Translations under genes and position numbers: made by a program | Assembly (NCBI GenBank): GCA_964016885.1 | Contig: CAXHJY010000062.1 | Coordinates: forward strand, 1 to 37,789 | Origin: Eledone cirrhosa | Lineage: Eukaryota | Length of the DNA: 37,789 nt | Direction: 5' to 3' | In this document: positions 1-17,917 of the stretch, piece by piece | How the letters are laid out: every line of letters starts with the position of its first letter | Numbering within the stretch: position 1 is the first letter of the stretch | The notes under the pieces: model-generated | What the model was told of the DNA's origin: nothing | What the model saw: only the letters and a program-made list of their open reading frames with translations | Databases searched by the model: none

Positions 1-5807
<5,807 letters not shown>

Positions 5808-5862
5808 ATGAAATATGAAATATGAAATCTAAGAATCCAAAGAACTGTTCAAAACATTATTG

Positions 5863-5909
5863 TGCTTACAGCTGTTTCCTCCAAACCGAGGTTTGGATTC
5901 TTCGGAGCA
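5863..5909 (-). ncRNA. Minimal type I hammerhead ribozyme at the PLE 3' end
   Basis: Minus strand reads TGCT-CCGAAGA-a-TCCAAAC ctcg GTTTGGA-g-GAAA-CAGCTG-TA-AGCA: stem I TGCT/AGCA, 7-bp stem II, palindromic stem III, GUA triplet, U4C core variant. Confidence 0.85.
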
Positions 5910-7335
5910 ATTTATTAATGCAATGGACAGTTATATGACCTCCTTTTCAGCCGAGAGACATACCAATACATATTCAAACATTGATACATATTCAAACATT
6001 GTGGGTCAACATTCATTACAGAATTTAGAGTGGCAGTACACACTTCGAGATTACATTTATATTAATAGGTACAATCAAAAAAATCAAAGATATAGGTTAA
6101 AGTACAACATGAAGATAAGTGGTTATATAGTGCAAATGTTATATGTGTGGCACGCATGTGCGTCTTGTTTATATAGTGTGGCAGAGAGATATGTGTGGTA
6201 GAGGCACTTAGGTAGGTAAATAAGAGTGTTAGGTTGGTAGATCTGGTGGCAAAGTCTTTATATGATTGATATAGTCTGTGTGTGGAGAAATATTATAAGC
6301 ATTAAAGATAGTGCAAGCATTAAAAGTGTTATAAGTATTGGAGATGCACAGCGCAGGGATGTCAAGTAATTCATGTACTTCGGTATTTTCATGGTCAAGG
6401 GAGTGTATATTTCGATTATATGCCTTTCACATAATCCACGACAATCCAGTTAGAGATCGTAGTCTGGTGCTCTTTAGTTCGATACAGGTGGTTGTTACGT
6501 TTCGAGAGACGCCATTGAATACCGGAAGTGTGTGTGTGGCTAAGGGGAGTTAATGCATGCGGGGAGGTAACTCTGGGGTTTCTATATCTAGCCATTAAAA
6601 TGTGTCTCAATATAGACCCTAAATTCTATGGTGAGGTGCACCTTCCAAGAGAGACTTTTAAAGCATAAAGTGTACTAACTATAGAGTAGTTTAACTAAAT
6701 TATGCTGAAGGTGATCATATTATTATTAGGGTGGATTAACCCATCTCAAGGTGCTACAAATGGAAATTATAGATGATGAGCGAGGATTCTAAATTAATGA
6801 TCTCTATGGTTGTAGTCTGCTCATATGACCAGGCGCGGTGATTGCAGGATTGCTTCAGGACCCAATGATCTCTGGTAAGATCCGGGTCATCGCTTGCTAC
6901 ATTGGGTGTCGAAAGATAATCATCCCCAGGCAGGCCAAAGGTCAAGCCGCAGTCCTCGCGACCCCTCTCTGACCGTCAGATCATCCATATACGTACAACC
7001 CGCACGGCAGTTGCATTGCATTCACTCACTGCGCTCAGCGGCCTGGTCCTACTGGTCAACAGCGCTACTCGATTAAATCATTTTACATCTGTCTAAGGAA
7101 GGTGTTTCCTCTGCCCAACACCATCCAACCGATCAATTCATGCTCAAATTACCCTTAGAGCGGCGTAGTGCCGTCCAGGTGGGTGGATGTTGTCACACCT
7201 GCCGTAGAGGTATAAATGGGTATTTTCCCTGCGAAGGGTTCCAGAGGGATGTCGTTGTTTGTGTTATAATGGATCAGCTAGTGTTGGGTATGTAGTATAG
7301 GGTGTGTCTCTGGTGTTTGATGCTAGATGTGGTGT

Positions 7336-9034
7336 TAGGTTCCAGTCCGACATTGCCATATATGGGGCTTAAAGTTTTGGAAGGAATGTCTGAGGCGGTG
7401 CTGGCAAGTTGCAAACACCTCAGATTTTTGTTAAGTAGGTTACGGTTGGAGAAGATAATATTGTGTGTCTCTAGTATACAGAGGTTACAGAATTTATTAG
7501 GTGGTTTGTACGAGGTCGCGCTGCCTATCACTTCCCATTTGAGTGTGTATGGTTTATTTTTAGATTTTAGATAGTGAATGTAGCTAGAAAGTGAGGTGGA
7601 GTTGGCTAGGCTGTGCTTTTTGAACGAGTGGATGTGCGAGTTATATCTAATTTTGAAGCAGTTAGAAGTGGAGCCTACATAGGTTTCTGAAGAGTTATTA
7701 GTCGTGACTGTGCATGAGTATATGACATCCTTGGTTAGGCATTTTTTATCTAAAGGGCAGGTTCTATTAGCTCTACAGTTACAATTATTCTGTGCGTTAG
7801 TCCGCTGGTTATAATGCAATGCGGAAGTCTGTGTGGTGGGTATAGGATTTTGGGTGTTCAGGTTGACAACCCTGGTGTTATTACTTATACTAGTGTTATT
7901 TCTATTGTTACTGCCGTTGCTATTGTTGCTTGCTACAGTGGTATTTAGAGGGTTTGCATCCCGTTGCGATTTTGTTTGTTGGAAGTAAGAACTAATTTTA
8001 CTATTATTGCTGCTAGCTATGTGGTATGCTAAGTTAGGCGTCGTGGAGTATGAGATTTTAATGGTGTTTTTGTTTAAGAGGTTGTGGTACTTGTGTCCTA
8101 GAGGGAAGTTTTTATCTAGTAGTGAGAAGAAAGCCCTAGGTATGTTGGTGGAGACATTTAGGTTGAAAGGAGGGTTGAAAAATGTATTATTTCTTCTTCT
8201 ATTTTTGCTTTTAGTGTTTGGTGTGTTGCTTCCTCCTAAGGCCTCACAGTAGTTTCCATGGTAATGGTTACTTCCGGTGGCACCCTCCGCTTTGGTGTAC
8301 TTGTGGTTGCTATTCCTATTATTAGATTTCCTCATGGACATGTTGTGCGAGATGATGTTGTAGCTATGTGTTTTCTTAGGTAGGAACTCAATTTCTATAT
8401 TATGGCCGGAGCTAGCTAATGCTTGATTGTAATATTGTGAGTTTTTGCTAAATATGTTTGCGTCATAGGACAGACTAGAGATTCTATTGGACACCCCCTT
8501 AGAGATAGAGTTTAATATTGATCTAGGGTGATTAGACTTGGTATCTACGTAAATAAGTTTCTCATTAGGCTTATGGAAGGGTGTATATATTTTTGAGTCT
8601 AGGTATAGTGTGGCGTCTAGGAAGTTAACATTTTTAGTGTTTTTGTCCATGGTGATACTAAGGTTAAAGTTTTTGAATGTCTTATGCAGTTGTTTTCTAG
8701 TTCTTTCTATATTAAATTTCTTATATTCTATGAGTAGAAGTGCATCATCGCGGTACAAACCACCGTTGAGGTAAGGGAGGTCTTTATGGATTTCATTGAG
8801 GAGGTATAGGCCGACCAAATCAGTGACCTGCGCCGAGTCACTAGATCCCATGGTTATGTCGAAGTTGTTGTGCGTATCCTTGCGTGTCCATAGTTGGTCC
8901 TCGAAGGTGATTATGGTTTTACGGGCCGCAAGGATGACATCAACCTGGGCTCTAGTCAGGTCGCTATTGGTCATGGCCATGATAAGTGCCTTATTTAATA
9001 GGATAGGGGAAATAGAGGTGTAGTATGAATTGAT
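7336..9034 (-). pseudogene. PLE reverse transcriptase / GIY-YIG endonuclease ORF, 5'-truncated, with a 1-nt frameshift near the C-terminus
   Basis: ORF 7274..8980(-) contains [16 protein letters not shown] (RT motif B'), GLYRDDAL (catalytic), [60 protein letters not shown] and CNLCILE. The frame stays open upstream as [17 protein letters not shown] (motif A remnant). Adding one A at 7425-7429 restores [15 protein letters not shown]..stop. Confidence 0.9.
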
Positions 9035-9036
9035 AT

Positions 9037-9037
9037 G

Positions 9038-9086
<49 letters not shown>

Positions 9087-9152
9087 GTATATATATATAT
9101 ATGTATATGTATATATATATGTATATGTATATATATGTATATATATATGTAT

Positions 9153-9206
<54 letters not shown>

Positions 9207-9215
9207 GTATATATG

Positions 9216-9272
<57 letters not shown>

Positions 9273-9307
9273 ATGTATATGTATATATATATATGTATAT
9301 GTATATG

Positions 9308-9378
<71 letters not shown>

Positions 9379-9391
9379 GAATATGTATATG

Positions 9392-9424
<33 letters not shown>

Positions 9425-9425
9425 G

Positions 9426-9508
<83 letters not shown>

Positions 9509-9559
9509 GTATATATATATATATGTATATGTATATATATATGTATATGTATATATATG

Positions 9560-9636
<77 letters not shown>

Positions 9637-9671
9637 GTATATATGTATATATATATATATATGTATATATG

Positions 9672-9728
<57 letters not shown>

Positions 9729-9764
9729 ATGTATATGTATAATATATATATGTATATGTATATG

Positions 9765-9835
<71 letters not shown>

Positions 9836-9893
9836 GTATATGTATATGTATATATATATATATGTATATATATATATGTATATGTATATGTAT

Positions 9894-9947
<54 letters not shown>

Positions 9948-9955
9948 GTATATAT

Positions 9956-10005
<50 letters not shown>

Positions 10006-10088
10006 GTATATGTATATATATGTATATATATATATGAATATATATATATATATGAATATATGTATATATATATATATATATATGTATA

Positions 10089-10122
<34 letters not shown>

Positions 10123-10149
10123 GAATATATATATATATATGAATATATG

Positions 10150-10202
<53 letters not shown>

Positions 10203-10323
10203 GAATATATATATATATATATGAATATATATATATATATATGAATATATATATATATATGAATATATATATATATATATGAATATATATATATATATGA
10301 ATATATATATATATATGTATATA

Positions 10324-10366
<43 letters not shown>

Positions 10367-10397
10367 GAATATATATATATATATGTATATATATATG

Positions 10398-10430
<33 letters not shown>

Positions 10431-10533
10431 GAATATATATATGTATATATATATGTATATATATATGTATATATATGTATATATATATGTATATATATGT
10501 ATATATATGTATATATATGTATATATATATGTA

Positions 10534-10618
<85 letters not shown>

Positions 10619-10619
10619 G

Positions 10620-10714
<95 letters not shown>

Positions 10715-11387
10715 GTATATCTATATATGTATATATATATATGTATATATATATATATGTATATATATATATGTATATATATATATATGTATATATATAT
10801 ATGTATATATATATATATGTATATATATATGTATATATATATATATATGAATATATATATATATATGTATATATATATGTATATATATTATATATATATG
10901 ATATATATGTATATATATATTATATATATATATATATATATGATATATATATATATATGTATATATATATGTATATATATATATGTATATATGTATATAT
11001 ATATATTTCATATATATATATATATACATATATATATACATATATATATATATATTCATATATATATATATATACATATATATATTCATATATATATATA
11101 TATACATATATATATACATATATATATATATACATATATATATATACATATATATATATACATATATATATATACATATATATATACATGTATATATATA
11201 TGAATATATATACATGTATATATATATATATGAATATATATACATGTATATATATATATGAATATATATATATATGAATATATATATATATGAATATATA
11301 TATATATGAATATATATATATATGAATATATATATATATATGAATATATATATATATGTATATATATATATGTATATATATATATGA

Positions 11388-11419
<32 letters not shown>

Positions 11420-11435
11420 GTATATATATATATGA

Positions 11436-11467
<32 letters not shown>

Positions 11468-11602
11468 GTATATATATATATGAATATATATATATATATG
11501 TATATATATATTATGTATATTATATATGAATATATATATATATATATTATATATATATTATTATATATATATATGTATATATATATATATGTATATATAT
11601 AT

Positions 11603-11643
<41 letters not shown>

Positions 11644-11705
11644 GTATATATATATATGAATATATATATATATGTATATATATATATATGTATATATATA
11701 TATGA

Positions 11706-11765
<60 letters not shown>

Positions 11766-11771
11766 GTAGAT

Positions 11772-11811
<40 letters not shown>

Positions 11812-11826
11812 GTAGATATATATATG

Positions 11827-11859
<33 letters not shown>

Positions 11860-12369
11860 GTATATATATAATGTATATATATATAATGTATATATATATA
11901 ATGTATATATATATATGTATATATATAATGTATATATATATAATGTATATATATATAATGTATATATATATAATATATATATATAATGTATATATATATA
12001 ATATATATATATATAATGTATATATATAATGTATATATATATAATGTATATATATAATGTATATATATATATGTATATATATAATGTATATATATATAAT
12101 GTATATATATAATGTATATATATATATGTATATATATAATGTATATATATATATGTATATATATATATGTATATATATATATGTATATATATATAATGTA
12201 TATATATATAATGTATATATATATATGTATATATATATGTATATATATATATGTATATATATATAATGTATATATATATAATGTATATATATATAATGTA
12301 TATATATATAATCTATATATATATAACGTATATGTATATATATGTATATATATATAACGTATATGTATA

Positions 12370-12411
<42 letters not shown>

Positions 12412-12598
12412 CATATACATATATATAATGTATATATACATATACATATATATAATGTATATATATATATACATATATATAATGTATATATATATAATGT
12501 ATATATATATGTACATATATATAATGTATATATATATAATGTATATATATATAATGTATATATATATGTACATATATATAATGTATATATATATAATG

Positions 12599-12641
<43 letters not shown>

Positions 12642-12667
12642 GTATATATATACATATATATATAATG

Positions 12668-12723
<56 letters not shown>

Positions 12724-12745
12724 TGTATATATATATATGTATATA

Positions 12746-12800
<55 letters not shown>

Positions 12801-12865
12801 ATATATATATGTATATATACATATATGTATATATATATATGTATATATATGTATATATGTATATA

Positions 12866-12911
<46 letters not shown>

Positions 12912-12994
12912 TGTATATATATATGTATATATATGTATATATGTATATATATATGTATATATATATACATATATGTATATATATATATATATAA
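9037..12994. repeat. (TA)n array with domains of different interruptions (G, GA, AAT, C)
   Basis: Direct reading; variant units atga (10030-11700) and ataatgt (11870-12670). Confidence 0.97.
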
Positions 12995-13043
12995 TTGTGT
13001 GTGTGTTTATATATATATATTATTATTATTATTATTATTATAT

Positions 13044-13230
13044 GTGAGTCCCGGGTTCAATAGGGGTAACCACAGTAAGTAAGCTACTCAATATATAGTA
13101 GGTATATACAATGTCTAATATAAAAATGACTTCTACAGGAATATATTCGACGGCTATTTCTGGCCTAATTCAGCCAGAAATAGCCGTCGAAACGGCTTGA
13201 GCTCTGCCGTCGGGGGTGAAACATTTTCCT
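13044..13230. mobile_element. Short PLE-terminal remnant with a 19-bp hairpin and the 3' half of a hammerhead
   Basis: ttcgacggctatttctggc (13146-13164) / gccagaaatagccgtcgaa (13173-13191), then GAAA-CGGC-ttgagctct-GCCG-TC-GGGG; ends in cct(ata)n; homologous to 16649-16690 and 26066-26096. Confidence 0.65.
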
Positions 13231-13839
13231 ATATATATATACACTTAGATACATACGTTATATGCCTCAGTAAACATTTATCAGTAATGGTAAACTGTAA
13301 AATATTTGACAACATACAACATATTGAAGATTTTAATTTATCTGCTATTGGTTGTATGTTTGTATTTTTTACAGCTATATTTGTTTCTGTTTTATTTGTC
13401 TTTTTTCTTTTAATTTCCTTTCTTTATTGTTCTTATTTGTTTTTCAATTTTTAAACCTAATCCGGATTATGTAATCATCAATCACGATTTAAATAGTTCT
13501 ATGTCTGAAAGATTTAGGCAGGGAAATTTTTCAGTTTGTAATTACCTTGCCAAATGCAAAAGTAAATCTTTTTATTAAAAGCTTCAATCGAATTACTCGT
13601 TCACAAACAAATGCAGATTAAGTCAAAACGAAAGACAAAATGACGTTATCTATTTGTTGCTGATTGGAATGGGAGTGTTATGGTTTTAAAGAAATTGTCT
13701 TCTCTCCATATTCAACGTACTTAAGGGAATGGAGTTCGTTTTCCAATTGGCTCTCCTTCGGTTATAACGAAGAGTGTTTTGGCTTGTTTGATCAAAGGAA
13801 TAACCTTGCTCTTTGTGAAGTGAAAGTGGAAATGTTAAA

Positions 13840-14420
13840 GAGAGAGAGAGTATAAAAGGTGCAGAGAGATAGTGAGAGCGAGAGAGAGAGTATGAGGTGG
13901 AGAGAGAGAGAGAGAGAGAGAGAGTATAAAAGGTGCAGAGAGATAGTGAGAGCGAGAGAGAGTATGAGGTGGAGAGAGATAGTGAGAGAGAGAGAGAGAG
14001 TATAAAAGGTGCAGAGAGATAGTGAGAGCGAGAGAGAGTATGAGGTGGAGAGAGATAGTGAGAGAGAGAGAGAGAGTATAAAAGGTGCAGAGAGATAGTG
14101 AGAGCGAGAGATAGTATGAGGTGGAGAGAGATAGTGAGAGAGAGAGAGAGAGTATAAAAGGTGCAGAGAGATAGTTAGAGCGAGAGAGAGTATGAGGTGG
14201 AGAGAGATAGTGAGAGAGAGAGAGTATAGAAGGTGCAGAGAGATAGTTAGAGCGAGAGAGAGTATGAGGTGGAGAGAGATAGTGAGCGAGAGAGAGTATA
14301 AGAGGTGGGGAGAGATAGCGAGAGTTAGAACGAGAGAGAGTATAAGAGGTGGAGAGAGAGAGTGGGAGAGAGTATAAGGGGTGGGGAGAGATAGAGAGAG
14401 AGTATGAGAGACCGAGGGCG
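13840..14420. repeat. AG-rich minisatellite, ~76-bp period (two ~38-bp subunits)
   Basis: tataaaaggtgcagagagatag recurs at 13851, 13925, 14001, 14077, 14153, with a variant at 14225. Confidence 0.9.
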
Positions 14421-15600
14421 AGAGAGTTAGAAAGAGAGAAAAGTCAGATGGAGGAAATAGAGTAAGAGAAATAAAGAGATTGTATGAGAAGTGGAGAGAG
14501 GAGAGGGTGAGGGAGAGAAGAAAGAGGTCATTAGAAAGAGGAGAGATTGGGGGACAGAGAGAAAGAGGACATTAGAGAGAGGAGAAGGGGGGGGGAGTGA
14601 GAAGAAAGAGAGCATTCGACAGAGGAGAGATTGGGGGACAGAGAGAAAGAGGGCATTAGAGAGAGGAGAGAGGGGGAGAGTGAGAAGAAAGAGAGCATTA
14701 GACAAAGGAGAGATTGGGGGACAGAGAGAAAGAGGGCATTAGAGAGAGGAGAGAGAGGGGGACAGAGAGAAAGAGGGCATTAGAGAGAGGAGAGACTGGT
14801 GAGAGAGAGAAGAAAAGGCGTTAGAAAGAGGAGAGTTTGGGAGACAGAGAGAAAGAGGGCATTGGAGAGTGAGAAGAAAGAAAGCGTTAGAAAGAGAGAG
14901 AGAGAAGAAAGAGGGCATTAGAGAGTGAAGAAATTGGGAGAGGGAGAATGTAGAGGGTGTTATAGAAACGGAGAGACTGGAAGAGAGATAAGAAAGAAGC
15001 CATTAAAAAGAGAGGAGATCAGGAGAGAGTGAAGAAAGAGGGAATTAGAGAGAGGGGAGAGATTGGGAGATAGAGAGAAAGAGGACGATAGAGAGAAGGG
15101 GGGCGAGAGAAGAAAAAGGACATTATAGAGTGGAGAGTGTGGTGGGAGAGAGAGAAGTAAGATGACGTTGGAGAGAGGTTGAGAGAGAGATAGTGAGTGA
15201 GAGAAATAGAGAGCAAGAGAGATAGAGAGAGATAGTGTTTGAGAGCGAGAGAGAGAGAGTGACAAAGAGCGCATGAGTAACGAAAGGGAAAATATCAAAG
15301 ATAAGAAGACAAGAATGAACTCGTATCTCTCCACCACCACAACCTCGCTCTCTCTCTCTCTCTCACTCTCTGTCGCTCTCTCGCTCTCACTCTCTCTCTC
15401 TCTCTCTGTCGCTCTCTCCCTCTCTCTCTCCCTGTCGCTCTCTCCCTCTCTCTCTCTCTGTAGCTATCTCCCTCTCTCTCTGCCTCCTCTCTATCTCTCT
15501 GCTTCATCTCTCTCTCTTTTTCTCACTCCCTCTCTCTATATGCATCATCTCTCACTCCCGGCTCTCTTTCTCTTTCTCCCTCCCTCTCACTCTCTCTCAA
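14421..15600. repeat. Degenerate polypurine (AG) tract followed by a (CT)n tract
   Basis: gggcattagagagaggaga / ttgggggacagagagaaa units to ~15310, then CT-rich 15325-15600. Confidence 0.85.
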
Positions 15601-15713
15601 CCAGTTCTAAACACAAGTAGGTCGGCTTCAATTCCTCTAATTAGATGCAATTCGGTTCAAAATGAACCTAACAATATATGGTACCGACATCATTCTATAT
15701 ATATATAAATATA

Positions 15714-16005
15714 GGTAGAATGATGTCGGTACCATATATTGTTAGTGTATGTACACTCCATATTCTTCGGAGTTTCTGGCTTGTATCTGCCGATATTACC
15801 TCTTGTTGTTTTGATTGCCCTGGTGAGTCCTTAATAGGACGAAACATTGTCGGCTAATAAAAACTTTTGATGTATTAAAGGATTCTTTGTTTTACTCTCT
15901 TAATTTGTTGGCTCTGTTTAACTGCATTGAGCTATACCTTTTACTGTCATTTCTATAATACGAAGAGGGTGTTTGACTCAAACACGCTCCAGTATTCTAA
16001 TCCTT
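15714..16005 (+). mobile_element. Solo PLE terminal-repeat-like element carrying a hammerhead
   Basis: Lies between TA runs; HHR followed by AATAAA (15856-15861) and a tail (ttttga..ggattctt) resembling the 3' tail of the large PLE. Confidence 0.7.
15817..15854 (+). ncRNA. Minimal type I hammerhead ribozyme (A6G core variant)
   Basis: GCC-CTGGTGA-GTCCT taat AGGAC-GAAA-CATTG-TC-GGC. Confidence 0.75.
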
Positions 16006-16136
16006 ATATATAAATATATATATATATATAACTTAGGAGGTGAGTTTTATTGTAGTACAATAAAGCAATGCAGATATCGGATAAGAAGCACTCTACAGTT
16101 TGTAGGACTGGAGTATACATAATATATATGTCTTCT

Positions 16137-16207
16137 TGTTTTATCTGCTGAAAACACAAATATTATTGCATGATGATATTTGTTTTTGAAATGCGCATAA
16201 TAAAATA
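16137..16207 (+). ncRNA. Type I hammerhead, AT-rich family copy 1 (A6C core mutation)
   Basis: TGTTTTAT-CTGCTGA-AAAcACAAATATTATT gcat GATGATATTTGTtTTT-GAAA-TGCGCA-TA-ATAAAATA; within TA-flanked island 16032-16236. Confidence 0.75.
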
Positions 16208-16236
16208 CATGGAACTCTTTTAACCATCTTTTGTTC

Positions 16237-16248
16237 TTATATATTATA

Positions 16249-16324
<76 letters not shown>

Positions 16325-16338
16325 TATATGTATATATA

Positions 16339-16369
<31 letters not shown>

Positions 16370-16449
16370 GTGTGTATATATATATATATACATATTTATG
16401 TGTATATATATATATATATATATACATATATATATGTATATATATATAC

Positions 16450-16528
<79 letters not shown>

Positions 16529-16768
16529 ACGAAAGAAATGAGGTAAGGAACCAGGTGGACCATAACGCACCAAAGTACTCAATACTTGGGGTAGTAGAGT
16601 AGGTAATAGGAACGAGTAGGACCCCGACGACTGAGCTCAAGCCGTTTCGAAACGGCTTGAGCTCAGTCGTCGTGGTCCTCATCGTTCCTATATATGTATA
16701 TATATATATATATATATATACATATGTATACGTATACATATATATATATATAAATACATATGTATACG

Positions 16769-16800
<32 letters not shown>

Positions 16801-16817
16801 AATACATATGTATACGT

Positions 16818-16858
<41 letters not shown>

Positions 16859-17043
16859 CATATGTATACGTATACATATATTTAAATACACATATGTATA
16901 CGTATATATATATATATACAAATATGTATACGTATATATATATATATGTGTGTATGTATATATGTAGATATGTAGATATGTATAAACATTTATGTAATGT
17001 AGAGATGTGTGTGTGGTATATATGTATATATATATATATATAT
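16237..17043. repeat. (TA)n arrays interrupted by the 16529-16690 insert
   Basis: Direct reading. Confidence 0.9.
16529..16690 (-). mobile_element. PLE 3'-terminal remnant with a 42-bp-arm palindrome (inverted duplication)
   Basis: 16607-16648 and 16649-16690 are reverse complements with 3 mismatches, centred on tttc|gaaa; each arm begins GAAA-CGGCT-tgagctc-AGTCG-TC (hammerhead stem III half). Confidence 0.75.
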
Positions 17044-17123
17044 ACCAAACCAACTTTTTTAAATGGAAGTTGTTCAAAATTCTATGGTACGTCAAATTTA
17101 TTTATAAAACTGCTTATATATTG

Positions 17124-17189
17124 TATTTTATCTGAAGAAGGCATGCCATATTTTTAATATGGTATCCCTGAAATATGTATAATGAAATA
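17124..17189 (+). ncRNA. Type I hammerhead, AT-rich family copy 2 (intact core)
   Basis: TATTTTAT-CTGAAGA-AGGcATGCCATATT ttt AATATGGTATcCCT-GAAA-TATGTA-TA-ATGAAATA; within TA-flanked island 17045-17230. Confidence 0.85.
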
Positions 17190-17230
17190 AATATGGTTTT
17201 ATAAATATAGTTTCCATTTGTTTAATATCG

Positions 17231-17264
<34 letters not shown>

Positions 17265-17278
17265 AGTACATTATATGC

Positions 17279-17334
<56 letters not shown>

Positions 17335-17397
17335 ACAGAATCAAGTGTAAGGATTATCAAATAGAAAGTCATTATCACGTCTGACCTGTATTTTTCC

Positions 17398-17805
17398 GTT
17401 TATTTTATATTTATTTTATATTTATTTTATATTTATTTTATATTTATTTTATATTTATTTTATATTTATTTTATATTTATTTTATATTTATTTTATATTT
17501 ATTTTATATTTATTTTATGTTTAGTTTATATTTATTTTATATTTATTTTATATTTATTTTATATTTATTTTGTATTTATTTTATATTTATTTTATATTTA
17601 TTTTATATTTATTTTATATTTATTTTATATTTATTTTATATTTATTTTATATTTATTTTATATTTATTTTATGTTTATTTTATGTTTAGTTTATGTTTAG
17701 TTTATATTTAGTTTATATTTATTTTATATTTATTTTATATTTATTTTATATTTATTTTATATTTATTTTATATTTATTTTATATTTATTTTTATATCTAT
17801 TTTAA
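17398..17805. repeat. 11-bp AT-rich minisatellite (TTTTATATTTA)n
   Basis: Direct reading. Confidence 0.95.
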
Positions 17806-17917
17806 ATCTATTTATGTATTTATTTATATATTTGTTTGTTGATTTGTTTGTTTGATTTTAATACTATATTGCAAATGTTTCATAGTTTTCCAGGATCGAA
17901 TGCCCCATATCTTCTGT

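Larger units (their letters stand above)
5808..9036 (-). mobile_element. Penelope-like retroelement (RT + C-terminal GIY-YIG), 5'-truncated, inserted in (TA)n; probably Hydra-like clade
   Basis: 3.2 kb unique island bounded by (TA)n on both sides; minus-strand RT/EN ORF; ~1.4 kb 3' region; terminal hammerhead motif. Confidence 0.92.

Noticed and set aside
7686-7693. CTGAAGA (also CTGATGA at ~33742 and minus-strand CCGAAGA at ~15764) as hammerhead cores
   Set aside because: No correctly placed stem II, GAAA or stem I partner.
7302-9023. Plus-strand ORFs 7302-7574, 8007-8252 and 8796-9023
   Set aside because: Antisense shadows of the PLE ORF.
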